Assembly: GCF_004010195.1 (NCBI RefSeq)
Contig: NC_057718.1
Span: 15,468,952-15,507,713 of the forward strand
Source: Chiloscyllium plagiosum
Taxonomy: Eukaryota
Reading direction: 5' to 3'
DNA: 38,762 nucleotides
Both the position numbers and the translations under genes were made by a program. The notes below the pieces were generated by a model. That model searched no databases. It was not told the origin of the DNA and saw nothing but the letters and a program-made list of their open reading frames with translations. Of this stretch, positions 1-10,004 are shown one piece after another (within the stretch, counting starts at the first letter, position 1; each line of letters opens with the position of its first letter).

Positions 1-920
1 TTTTTGGCCAGTTTATCTTCGTACCTCATTTTTTCTCTGCGTATTTCCTCCTTATTAATCCTCTGTTGTTCTTTAAAAGCTTCCCAGTCCTCCATTTTCC
101 CACTTATCTTTGCTATGTTATACTTTTTTTTTTAAAAACTTATATATATGTTTCTTAACTTCCCTAGTCAGCCACGGCCACCCATGCCTCCTCCTAGGAT
201 CTTTCTTCCTTTTTTGGAATGAACTGATCCTCATCTTCTGCATTATACACAGAAATATCTGCCATTGTTCCTCCAATGTCATCCCTGCTAAGGTATTGCA
301 CCATTGAACTTTGGCCAGCTCCTCCCTCATAGCTCCATTGTTCCCTTTATTCAACTGAAATATTGTCACTTCCGATTGTACCCTCTCCCTCTCAAATTGC
401 AGATTGAAGTTTATTGTATTATGGTCACTACTTCCCAATGGCTCCTTCATTTTGAGGTTCCTGATCAATTCTGGTTCGTCGCACAATACCAGATCCAGAA
501 TTGCCTTCTCCCTGGTAGGCTCCAGCACCAGCTGTTCTAAGAATCCATCTCTGAGACACTCCACAAAGTCTCTTTCTTGAGGTCCAATACCATCCTGATT
601 CTCCCAGTCTACCTGCATGTTGAAATTCCCATAACAACTGTAGTAACATCTTTGCGACAGGCCAATTTCAGCTCCTGATTCAACTTACATCCAACATCCG
701 GACTACTGTTTGGGGGCCTGTAGATAACTCCCATGAGGGTCTTTTTACCCTTAGAATTTCTCAGCTCTATCCATACTGACTCTACATCCCCTGATTCTAG
801 GTCCCCCCGCGCAAGGGACTGAATATCATCCCTTACCAATATGGCCACTCCACCCCCTCTGCCAGTCAGTCTGTCCTTACGATAGCACGTGTCGCCTTGA
901 ATATTCATTTCCCACACCCA
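1..920 (-). mobile_element. CR1-clade LINE (HER1-like) ORF2 fragment: APE endonuclease and linker, frameshifted; runs off the window start
   Basis: ORFs 609..932 and 118..618 (-) give YRKDR-GRGGGVAILVR, ESVWIEL, GVIYRPPNS, EPTREKAILDLVL, LGSSDHN and PWLTREVK, which are typical CR1 EN motifs. Frameshift near 620-630. Confidence 0.93.
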
Positions 921-1279
921 TTCAAATAACAATCACTTACCTTCCCGACCGGATTTGCGCTCCGACTTCACTTCTGCCCAGCACTCGCCATTCTCTGCTG
1001 CAAAAAGACTGTTGGCCTTATCTTCCCCATATCTTATAAAGCTTCAAACCAAATTACTCTTTAATCTTCTAAGTTCATCCTAATTTAACCTTTCACAGTC
1101 CAAATATAGTTCTAGTAAAACTACCTTTAGCTTCTGTCAGCAATCTATTTAAAAGGTGAAATCCAAAATGCATTTTAACCAGCAAATCTGGCAAGGTTAG
1201 CAACATGACCTTCCCTGATGGTTTGCAAGTCAGACTTACTTCTCCTGTATTTTAACATACCAACTTCTTTTTAAATCAA

Positions 1280-1980
1280 CCTGTTTTGTCAGGTTATTAT
1301 GACACACCTCCAGAACAAGTGAGACTTGAAACCAGATCTTCTGGCATAGAAGTACGGACATCACCACAGGAACAACTGCATCTCCACTTTAAAGAGACAC
1401 TTGTGTCCACCCAACCTCTTCTTCCCCCTCCAACCTGTTAAACTCTCCCCAGAATTTCAGCAAGATCACAGATGGCATTAAGTCAATTCCAAACAACCTC
1501 ATCCCACAAACATTGGATGATTCTGTTCAGACACCTGTTTGCATTTGTGACCATCAAGCTAACATTTCAAAATTTCAATTGCAGGAGCAGGGGGAGAGGA
1601 GGAGAGAAATCAAAAGTGCTCAGATTGGTAAACCTATTGCAAATCAGCAGTACAATAGAATAAATGAAGTTAGGCCTCTGATGGCACAATATTAGTGCTT
1701 TGACCTCAGAGCCAGAAGACCTGGAATCAAGTCTTACTTGCTCCAGAGATGCATCAAGTCTGATGAGAGTCGAGAGTTTTTCAGCCCAGAGAGGACCTTC
1801 AGCCCATCATGTCCACAACCAGTTGTGAAGTATCCATCTAATCAAACCCCATTTTCCAGTACTCGATTCATTTCCTTGTAGATATTTTCCAATGAATGTT
1901 ATGCCACACTGCTGGAGCGGGTGGGGCCTTCTAGCTCAGAAACAGGGACACTACTACTAACCCACTAGAGCCCTCTAGAA
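1280..1980. mobile_element. Three decayed tRNA-derived SINE heads (about 1290-1370 -, 1680-1755 +, 1900-1975 -) plus a LINE tail fragment
   Basis: Mutually similar segments (ccagaagacctggaatcaagtc and reverse-complement gacttgaaaccagatcttctgg) with degenerate A/B boxes. Confidence 0.45.
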
Positions 1981-2029
1981 CAGTTGGTATTCTATGTCGT
2001 TTACAATTGTATATTGAAACATTTCTTAA

Positions 2030-2700
2030 ATTTTACACCTCGAGTAGAATTTAGACTGAATGAAGTGAGGTGGCGAAGTGCTTACTCCTCGAAGCCCTTG
2101 CAGAGAAGGTAGGTGCTCCTGAATCCCTGCAGCGCCGAGTAGGCGCAGCTGAAGATACTCATGAAGAGACTGTAGCGGCACGCGGACGGCGGGCCCCAGC
2201 GCTGCACGTGGAAGCAGTACGCCTGCGCGCATCCGGTAGCCCCGCTCTCGTTGCTGCGCTGCCAGCGCCCCACCCCGTACAGCGGGCAGCGGCCCCGCAG
2301 CTCGTGCTGGTCCTGACCCAGCGGCACGGCAGCGAACAGCGCCAACACGAAGGCCAGCAGATAGGCCGTGCACTGACAGAACAGCAGCCGGTTGCTGATC
2401 CCCATCCTCCCGAGTAACCTCCGCAAGTTGAGGCACAGCCCGTCCTCAACAGAATCACCGATCCCCGCCACCTCGCGCAGCGACTAATGCCTTCTACTCG
2501 CGCGCGGGGCCCGCTCGAGCCATTCAAATACAAGCGGTTGGGAGGGGGCGGAGCTTCTTTTAAAGGCACCGCAGCGGCACGAGGCCATTCAGCCGCTCCA
2601 GGTCTTTGCACCAGCCCGACAAGATCACGGCTGGTCTGCGGTTGAGCTCTGCAGATACACGCCTCACAGCTGTGGTTTACCTGTTGTGAAAACACACACA
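2030..2700 (-). promoter_or_regulatory. CpG island/promoter of the TMEM179-family gene
   Basis: Sharp rise in GC and CpG against a CpG-depleted background. Sp1 GC box GGGGCGGAGC at 2545-2554, with an AT-rich TTTAAAAG (- strand) next to it. Confidence 0.75.
2086..2405 (-). CDS. TMEM179: TMEM179-family transmembrane protein, first coding exon (320 nt, ends in phase 2); the rest of the gene lies beyond the window start
   Basis: MGISNRLLFCQCTAYLLAFVLALFAAVPLGQDQHELRGRCPLY...QRWGPPSACRYSL...YLLCKGFE resembles the TMEM179 N-terminus (FAQC..YFLAF..VPL..GRC.L..WGPPAACRF..LCKG). The ATG has a strong Kozak context (AGGATGG) and the exon ends at donor GA|GTAAG (2085). Confidence 0.88.
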
Positions 2701-2704
2701 CACA

Positions 2705-3030
2705 CAAAAAGGAAATTGCTTGAGAAACTCAGCAGAGTTTCAAGTCCGATGACTTCTTCAGAACTGATAGCTCGGAAAAGGCAGTATTTATGCTGATGAC
2801 AGGAGTCGGTGGTGGGGATGAACAGACAGGCAGAGACAGACCCCAGGGAAAGAGAGAAGAAAAAGTCAGGCAGACCCAGGGGTTCTTGATAGTGAGCCAG
2901 GGGAGAGTTACCAGAACCGTGATAATGAAACGTTAACTTTCTTTTCTCTCCACAGATGCTGCCAGGACATTGAGTTTCTCCAGCAACTTCTGTTTTTGTT
3001 TGTTTCAGATATCCAGCATCCTCGGTTTTA
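2705..3030. mobile_element. Penelope-like element terminal remnant with inverted ends
   Basis: gaaattgcttgagaaactcag at the left is inverted relative to tgagtttctccagcaacttc at the right. The motif ccacagatgctgcc...ccagcatc is shared with other PLE termini in the window. Confidence 0.6.
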
Positions 3031-3044
3031 TAATAGCTGCTGTG

Positions 3045-3240
3045 CACCTATGAAATTCACTACCGCAGAATGTGGTAAATGCTGGGACATTGAAAGAGAA
3101 ATAGACAGATTTTAATTAGGATTGTGGAGAGCTGGCAAGAAAGTGAAGTTGAGGCTGATTTCATCAGCCATGTTCATGTTGAATGGGGAAGCAAGCTTGA
3201 GGGGCTGAATTGCTTACTCCCACTTCTAGTTCTTATGTTT
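3045..3240 (+). mobile_element. CR1 LINE 3' end fragment
   Basis: The tail agccatg..gaatgg..gcttgaggggctgaat..ttcttatgtt is shared with other CR1 3' ends here. Confidence 0.7.
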
Positions 3241-3308
3241 AAAGGTCTTGCCACTGTCATTTGCAAGTAAATGTATAGAATTAACTTCATATCAACTTTC
3301 CACTCAAC

Positions 3309-3560
3309 GGGGAAGCAGTAGCATAGTGGTATTATCACTAGATTAGGAATCCAGAGACACAGAAATTCTTGGTTTGCATCATATTATGGCAAATGGTGGA
3401 ATTTGAACTCAATAATAAAAGTCTAATGATGACCATTAAATCATTGTCAATTGTTGTAAAATCTGATATGGCTCATGAATGTCCTTTCTGGAAGGAAACT
3501 ATAAGCTTATCTGGTCTAGCCTTCATGTGAATCCAGACCCACAACAATGTTGTTGACCTT
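3309..3560 (+). mobile_element. tRNA-derived (Pol III-type) retroelement head
   Basis: A box TAGCATAGTGG (3319-3329) and degenerate B box (~3371). Homologous to the better preserved copy at 17897-18050. Confidence 0.7.
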
Positions 3561-3569
3561 TGGGTTGAT

Positions 3570-4268
3570 GGACTGTTGGTCATTATTTCAAAAGGAATGC
3601 AGTGCCAATTGGAGGGGGGTTCTTAGTAAAGCTGTACAAAAGCCCCATCCAAACCGCACTTGGAATATTGTGAACAGTTTTGATCCCCTTATCTTTAAAA
3701 AGAGCTACCATCATTGGCAGTTCAGGGAAGGTATGGGGGGATTTTCTTATGTGGAGAGATTGAATAGTTTGGCCTTGTACTCTTTGGAGAAGAATGAGAT
3801 GCAACCTTATTGAAACATGTAACCTTTTTAGGGAGCTTAATAGAGCAGATGCAACCAGTCATTTCCGTTTGTGGGAAAGTCTGGGACCAAAGGGCATTAT
3901 AAGAATTGCCCATTTAAGACAGAGACTTCTCAGAGTCAATCTCTGGCATTCTTTACTGCAGAGAGCTGTTAAGGTTGATTGTTAAGCATATCCAAATCTG
4001 AGACAGACAGATTTTCCATGAGAAAGAGAATCAAAGGTTATAGGGATAATGCAGGAAAGTGGAGGTGAGAATAATCAGTTCAGCCATGATCTCATTGAAT
4101 AGGGGAATAGACTTGATAGGCCAAATGGGAGTCAGTGAGATCTGCAGATGCTGGAGATCAGAGTTGAGAGTGTGTTGCTAGAAAAGCACAGTAATTCAGG
4201 AAGCATCGGAGGAGCCAGAGCCCTTCGATAGGCCAAATGACCTACACATGCTCTTACATCTTATGGCC
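3570..4268 (+). mobile_element. CR1 LINE 3' fragment, interrupted by a PLE-terminus insertion at 4128-4226
   Basis: Degenerate LYK..PHLEYCEQF and FSYVERLNSLALYSLEK peptides followed by a CR1 tail. Confidence 0.8.
4128..4226 (-). mobile_element. Short Penelope-terminus insertion with 13-bp TSD
   Basis: gataggccaaatg is repeated at 4115-4127 and 4227-4239. The body tctgcagatgctggagatcagag matches the other PLE termini. Confidence 0.8.
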
Positions 4269-4978
4269 TTGAAATGGCCCAGCAAGCCATTCGGTACCAA
4301 TCACTAGAAAGTCTCAAAAAGGAATTAAACTGATGGACGACCTGGTATTGACTAAGGCAATGGCAACTACAATGACAAACTCATCCCTGTCGACTCTGCA
4401 GAGTCTTGCTTACTAACATTTGGGGGCTGATGCTAAAATTGGGAGAACTGTCTCACAGACTGGTAAAACAGTATCCTGACATCGTAATGCTCATGGAATT
4501 ATACCTTATACACAATATCTAGAAAACATTATCACTATCCCTGGGTATATCCTGTCCTACCACAGGATAGAGTTGTCCTGGGAGAGCTCCATGTTGACCC
4601 CGGACTCCATGAAGTTTGATGTCATTAGGTCAAGTGTGGGCAAGGAATCCTCCTGCAGATTACCAAGGAAGCACCTCCACCCTACCCCCACCCCTCTTAG
4701 CTGTTGAATCAGTGTTCATGCATGTTGAACAACAAGTAGGAGGGGGGACAGGTGCACAGAATGTACTCTGGTTGGGCGTCTTCAATGTCAACAACCAGGA
4801 GTAGCTGAGCAGCACAACTGCTGACCTAGCTCTGTGCTGTATGACTCTATGACAAAGCTGCTAGGCTGGGTCTACACCAGTAGTGAGGGAACCAACAACA
4901 GGAAAAAAACACAACACCACATCCTCGACAAATTGCCTGCTGCAGATGCATTTGTAAACGAAACCACCATACAGTCCT

Positions 4979-5600
4979 TGCCAATTTGACAATTCTGCTC
5001 CCTTAACAAGGTTATGTTGTCCTTGTTTTTTTCAGGTGTCACAAAGTCAGAGGTTTCGATATGTCTGGGTTTATCTACTTCATTGGTTTATCTGCTTTTA
5101 AGTCTTTCTTTAAAAACATTTGTAGAACGGAAGGGAGTGACCAGTTCTCCCAGTTCAGGGTTTGGTTTGTTTTGTTTTTAGCAAGCTGTTTCGTTTGCAG
5201 CTGCTGGTCACATTTTAGCCGGGATCCCAGAGAAGCTACAGGACTCAAAGAAACAGCTCCATGCTGAGCCTCCCTCCCTCTGACATCTGTTCTGTAACAA
5301 CTTGTGTTTGATTTTAACTTTTTTTGACAAGGGGGTGTTTATGGGGATGGTGTAAGTTTTTGGAACAGCATCATTAAGTTGCAATAGAGTCAATTGGGTT
5401 TTTAAATTGTTGCGTTATTTTAAATTTGGTTTTCTTCTGTTTATGTTTAAATAAATGCTGTTTTGTTTAAAAATGAGTGGTTGAGCCAGCTGCATCACTC
5501 CTGGAATATCGATTCTACACCTGCTTAAAACAACTAGAAAAGTTAGGGTCTGAGCTACCTTCTTGAAACGTTTTGAGGGGGTCTGGCCTGGTCCATAGCA
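4979..5600 (+). mobile_element. Probable solo LTR inserted in the LINE
   Basis: About 620 bp that interrupts LINE coding similarity, bounded by TG...CA, with an internal AATAAA (~5449). No clean TSD seen. Confidence 0.5.
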
Positions 5601-6123
5601 CTGAGACAAAGTCCTGTCTTTATATTGAGAGTACCGTTAATTTTGTTACATGGCACTATTATCTCGCTAAATGGGGTAGGCTTCAAAGAGATCTAGCATC
5701 TCAAACTGGACATCCATTAGGCACTGTTGGCTAGCAGCAGCTGAAGCAGAATTGTAATCCAACACAACCTACAACATCATGGCTCAGCACACCAATCAGG
5801 GATACCTAAAAATGAGGTGTCAACCTGTTGAAGCTACAAATCGGGACTACTTGCGTGCCAAACAGTTTAAGCAGCAAGTGATAGACAGAGCTAAGCAATT
5901 CCACTGACCAATAGATCAGATCTAAGTTCTGTAGTCATGCCAGATCCAATCATGAGTGGTGGTGTACAATTAAACAACTAACCAGAGGAGAAGCCTCTGA
6001 CAAAACCATCATCCTCAGTAAAGGGGAAGCCCAGCACATTAGTGCAAAGACAAGGCTGAAGCATTTGCAACAATCTTCAACCAGAAGCGACAAGATGATC
6101 CATCTTGGCCTCCTCCAGAAGTC

Positions 6124-6314
6124 GAGGAGAAAGTGAGGTCTGCAGACGCTGGAGATCAAAGCTGAAACTTTATTGCTGGAACAGCACAGCAGGTCAGGCA
6201 GCATCTAGGGAACAGAAGATTCGACGTTTCGGGCACATGCCCTTCTTCAGGAATGACCTGTCCTCGGATGCTGCCTGAATTGCTGTGCTCTTCCAGCACC
6301 ACTGATCCAGAATC
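6124..6314. mobile_element. Penelope-terminus insertion with a partial inverted second arm from a different subfamily
   Basis: ggagaaagtgaggtctgcag...ttcaggaat is near-identical to 7050-7178. It is followed by an inverted ggatgctgcctga..ttccagca arm. Confidence 0.8.
6219..6254 (-). ncRNA. Minimal type I hammerhead ribozyme motif (PLE-type)
   Basis: Minus strand reads ATTC-CTGAAGA-A-GGGCATGTGCCC-GAAA-CGTC-GAAT: intact core, helix I ATTC/GAAT, helix II GGGC/GCCC, palindromic ACGT helix III. Confidence 0.75.
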
Positions 6315-6518
6315 ATGGGTACCAATGTTGAGACAATTTAATTCACTCCATGTGATATGAAGAAAAGGTTGGAAGTACTAGATACTGCAAAGGTATGGGG
6401 TCTGAGAACATTCCAATAATAATACTGAAGATGTAACCTCCTGAACTTGCAATGACCTGAGACAAACTGTTGCATTCCAGCTACATCACTGGGAGCTACC
6501 TGACAATGTGGAAAACTG

Positions 6519-6711
6519 GAGGAGAACGTGAGGACTGCAGATGCTGGAGATCAGAGCTGAAAATGTGTTGCTGGAAAAACGCAGCAGGTCAGGCAGCATC
6601 CAAGGAGCAGGAGAATCGACATTTCGGGCAAACCTCATGCCCGAAACGTTGATTCTCCTGCTCCTTGGATGCTGCCTGACCTGCTGCGCTTTTCCATCAA
6701 CACATTTTCAG
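6519..6711. mobile_element. Fold-back (hairpin) Penelope-terminus element with 15-bp TSD
   Basis: TSD caatgtggaaaactg at 6504-6518 and 6712-6726. Inverted arms of ~75 bp (6556-6630 and 6638-6712) with a 7-nt loop. Confidence 0.88.
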
Positions 6712-7049
6712 CAATGTGGAAAACTGCTCAGACATGTCCCTACATAAAAGTGGACAAACCGTGCCCAGGCAATTTTTGCTCCACCTTAGCAAGTTTTGAG
6801 AAAAAAACACTACATTGGACAAACAGGCAGAAAACTAGCCTCCAGGATACATGGACACCAACTAGCCACAAAACAACATGACCCTCTCTCACTAGTATCC
6901 TTACATACAGATAAGGAAGGACACCACTTCCACTGGGACAACACATCAATCTTAGGATAAGCCCAATAGAGACACACACGAGAATTCCTAGAAGCGTGGC
7001 ATTCCAACTGGAACTCTATCAACAAACACATCGAGTTAGACCCTATCTA

Positions 7050-7389
7050 GGAGAAAGTGAGGTCTGCAGATGCTGGAGATCAAAGTTGAAACTTTATTGC
7101 TGGAACAGCACAGCAGGTCAGGCAGCATCCAGGGAACAGGAGATTCGATGTTTCGGGCACAGGCCCTTCTTCAGGAATTCAACTCTTTTGTCCATGTTTG
7201 TTCTAGAACTGTAATGAAGGTGAGAGCTGAGTGGCTGGTGGAACCCAGACTGAGCATCAGTGAGCAGGCTATTGCTAAGCAAATGCTGAGTGGTCATTCC
7301 TGAAGAAGGGCCTGTGCCCGAAACGTCGAATCTCCTGTTCCCTGGATGCTGCCTGACCTGCTGTGCTGTTCCAGCAATAAAGTTTCAAC
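7050..7389. mobile_element. Palindromic Penelope-terminus insertion with 14-bp TSD and a captured inverted copy of local DNA
   Basis: TSD ttagaccctatcta at 7036-7049 and 7390-7403. Arms 7050-7178 and 7296-7390 are inverted. The core 7176-7288 is the reverse complement of 7654-7766. Confidence 0.9.
7296..7331 (+). ncRNA. Minimal type I hammerhead ribozyme motif (PLE-type)
   Basis: ATTC-CTGAAGA-A-GGGC(CTGT)GCCC-GAAA-CGTC-GAAT; predicted cleavage after GUC at 7327. Confidence 0.75.
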
Positions 7390-8554
7390 TTAGACCCTAT
7401 CTACCACCACCTGAGAAAAAGAACAGGAAATGACAACACCAACCCAAAGAAACCCAAATATATAAATAGAAAGCAGGAATTATCAGCAGTGCTTTGCCCA
7501 GAGGTCCACTGAAGATGTTACCTTGTAGGGTGACGAAACATCTAGAAATGAACCTTCCAGCTCAGCAAGCAAACCTACATCCTGATATTGTTCCATCTGT
7601 TTACTCTCAATCGGGGTAAAGTAATGGAAGGTGTTGTCAACAGTGCTATCAAGCAGCATTTGCTTAGCAATAGCCTTCTCACTGATGCTCAGTCTGGGTT
7701 CCACCAGCCACTCAGCTCTCACCTTCATTACAGTTCTAGAACAAACATGGACAAAAGAGTTGAATTTTAGAGGTGAGTTGCTATCAAGGCCTCATTTGAC
7801 AAGGTATGGCATCGAGGAAACCTAGCAAAACAGAAGTCAATGGGAATCGGGGAAAACTCTCTGCTAGTTGGAGTCATACATGACTCAAAGGAAAATGGTT
7901 ATGGTTGTTAGAGGTCAGTCTTCTCCAGGACATCTCTGCAGGAATTCCTCAGGATTATGTCCTAGCCCAACCACCTTTAATTACTATCCCTTCAATTTAA
8001 GTTCAAAAGTGAGGATGTTTGCTGATGATTACATAGTTTTCAGTTCTATTCACAACTCCTCAGACACTGTGTCCACATACAGCAAGACCTGGATACTATT
8101 TAGGCTTGGGTTGATAATTGACAAGTAATATTTCAGCCTCAGAAGTGTCAGGCAATAACCACTTTCCCTGGACATTCAATGGTATTATCATTACCAAATT
8201 CCCATGAGCAACATGCTGTGTGTGGCCATTGACCAAAAATTAATTATACCAAATACAAAAATATTATGGCCACAAGAGCAGGTTAGAGGCTGGAAATTCT
8301 GAAGTGCTACATAGCTGACTCCCCAAAACTGCCCACCATTTGCAGTATATAAATGAGTATGATAGAGCACCCTCTACTTACCTCAGGAACTCACAAATGT
8401 TCCAACGATAGTATTTTCAAAGTCCATGAGCTTTACCACTCAGAAGTATAAGAGTGCAAGCTCTCCTTCAAATCCACACCACAACTGAAACATGCAATCA
8501 TCCCGAATCACTTCTTACTACCCTGTTAAGCTGTCCTGCCTTCAGGAATCTATG

Positions 8555-9895
8555 AAAGACAGGCAGGAGGCTGGAAGAACACAGCAAGCCAGACAGCATC
8601 TGGAGGTGGAAAAGTCAATGTTTCAGGTGTAACCCTTCTTCAGGACTGGGGGTGCATGTGAGGGGAGCTGCAGATAAAGGGGGTGGCAGGGCAGAGTGCT
8701 GAAATGGGGATAGGTGAAGACAGGTAGAGGGTATGACCTGGTTGATCAATGAGGGGAATAAATCCGGTTGGTGGCAGGGAGCAGTGGAAGGGATGGGGAG
8801 GGAGGTTATTTGAAATTGGAGAACTCAATGTTGTGTCCTCCAGGCTGTAGGAGATGTGGTATTGTTCCTCCAATTTGCAGTATGGTTTGTTGTGGCAGTA
8901 GAGGAGGCCAAGGATAGTCATGTCGGAAAGGAAATAGTTAGAGGAATTAAAATGGACGGTGACTGGGAGGTCTGGTCGGCTCCTATGGGCCTAGCTGCGA
9001 TGCTCAGTGAACCGTTTCTTGAGTTTATGTTCAGTCTCCCTGATGTAGAGAAGACCACACCAGGAGCACCTAATGCAGTAAACTAGCTTGGAAGAGAGGC
9101 AGGTGAACCTCTGTCTCAGCTGGAAGGACTGTTTGGGGAACTGGATGGAGGTGAGGGGGTGTACTGGCAGGTTTTGCATCTTTTCAGTTTGCAGGGGAAA
9201 GTACCTGGGGATTTCAGAGGGTGTCAGTGGGGAGAGTGGCGCAAACCAAGGACTGTCAAAGACTGCGTAAGGCAGAGAGGAATGTAGGATGGAGAGATAT
9301 TCTTGGTGGTGGGGTCTAGTTGGAGATGATGGAAGTGTTTAAGGATGATACGTTAGATGGGGAGACTGGTGGGGTGGTAGGTGAGGACAAGGGAGACTCT
9401 ATTTATTGTGTTTGGGAGGAGGGAGAGTTTAGAGCAGTGGAATGGGGAATGGAGGTGGTGCGGCAGAAGGCTATCTGGAGGACTGAGGGGGGAAAAGCAT
9501 GTTGTTCAAAATAGGTGGACATCTGGGATACTTGGGAGTGGAATGTCTCCTTGTCTGAGGAGATGTGGCAGAGGCAGAGGAATTGGGAAAACAGGATGGA
9601 GTTCTTGCAGGATATTGGATGGGAGGAGGTGTAGTCCAGGTAGTTATGGGAATCTGTGGGTTTGTAATAAATGTTCCTCTGGAGACTGTCACTGGAGATG
9701 ATAATGGTGAGGTCAAGAAAGGGGAGGGAGGTGTCTGAGATGGACCAAGTGAATTTGAGGGTGGGGTGGAAATTGTGGTCCAAGTCAATGAACTGCTCCA
9801 GTTCAGCCTGGGTGCAGAACGCTGCCCTGATGCAGTCATCGATGTAGTGGCAGAAGAGTCAGGCACAGTGCCTGTGTAGGTACTTAAGCAATCTC
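8555..9895 (-). mobile_element. Penelope-like element (Neptune-type): RT C-terminal half, GIY-YIG endonuclease and terminal repeat
   Basis: YIDD at ~9845. FHPTLKFTWSISDTSLPFLDL..YYKPTDSHNYLDYTSSHP (ORF 9403..9783). VYCIRCSWCGLLYIRET..LKKRFTEH (ORF 8991..9179). Hammerhead-like motif at 8613-8647. Confidence 0.93.
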
Positions 9896-10004
9896 TGAAC
9901 AAACAGCACACGATGCCGCTGAGCTTCTTAGGAATCTGCCATTCTTTGAGCTCTCCCTTTTCTCATTACTTTTTCTTATGTCAAGTTCTCCCTAATCTAT
10001 CCAA

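Larger units (their letters stand above)
6783..7582 (+). mobile_element. Penelope-like element 3' part (GIY-YIG endonuclease + terminal repeat), interrupted at 7050-7389
   Basis: Translates HYIGQTGRKLASRIHGHQLATKQHDPLSLVSLHTDKEGHHFHWDNTSILG*..REFLEAWHSNWNSINKHIELDPIY. Hammerhead-like core at 7506-7545. Confidence 0.85.
4270..8490 (+). mobile_element. Decayed CR1-group/L2-like LINE ORF2 (EN + RT) carrying nested insertions
   Basis: EN start NIWGL..KLGELSHRLVKQYPDIVML at ~4415. RT motifs KQHLLSNSLLTDAQSGF (7651), AGIPQ-like (~7935) and VRMFADD (~8010). Many stops and frameshifts. Confidence 0.85.

Noticed and set aside
2406..2471. GTG-initiated N-terminal extension of the TMEM179-like ORF
   Set aside because: Family similarity starts at ATG 2405, which has a strong Kozak context; the extension is probably 5' UTR.
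2026..2707. Overlapping ORFs 2026..2436, 2070..2417 and 2159..2707
   Set aside because: GC-rich shadow frames of the TMEM179 exon and CpG island; no recognisable protein.
6124..7390. Recurrent repeats with intervening unique DNA resembling a CRISPR array
   Set aside because: Eukaryotic locus; the repeats are long, inverted, irregular Penelope termini with TSDs, and there are no cas genes.
8555..9895. Active or domesticated Penelope RT/GIY-YIG gene
   Set aside because: 5'-truncated, with frameshifts and stops.
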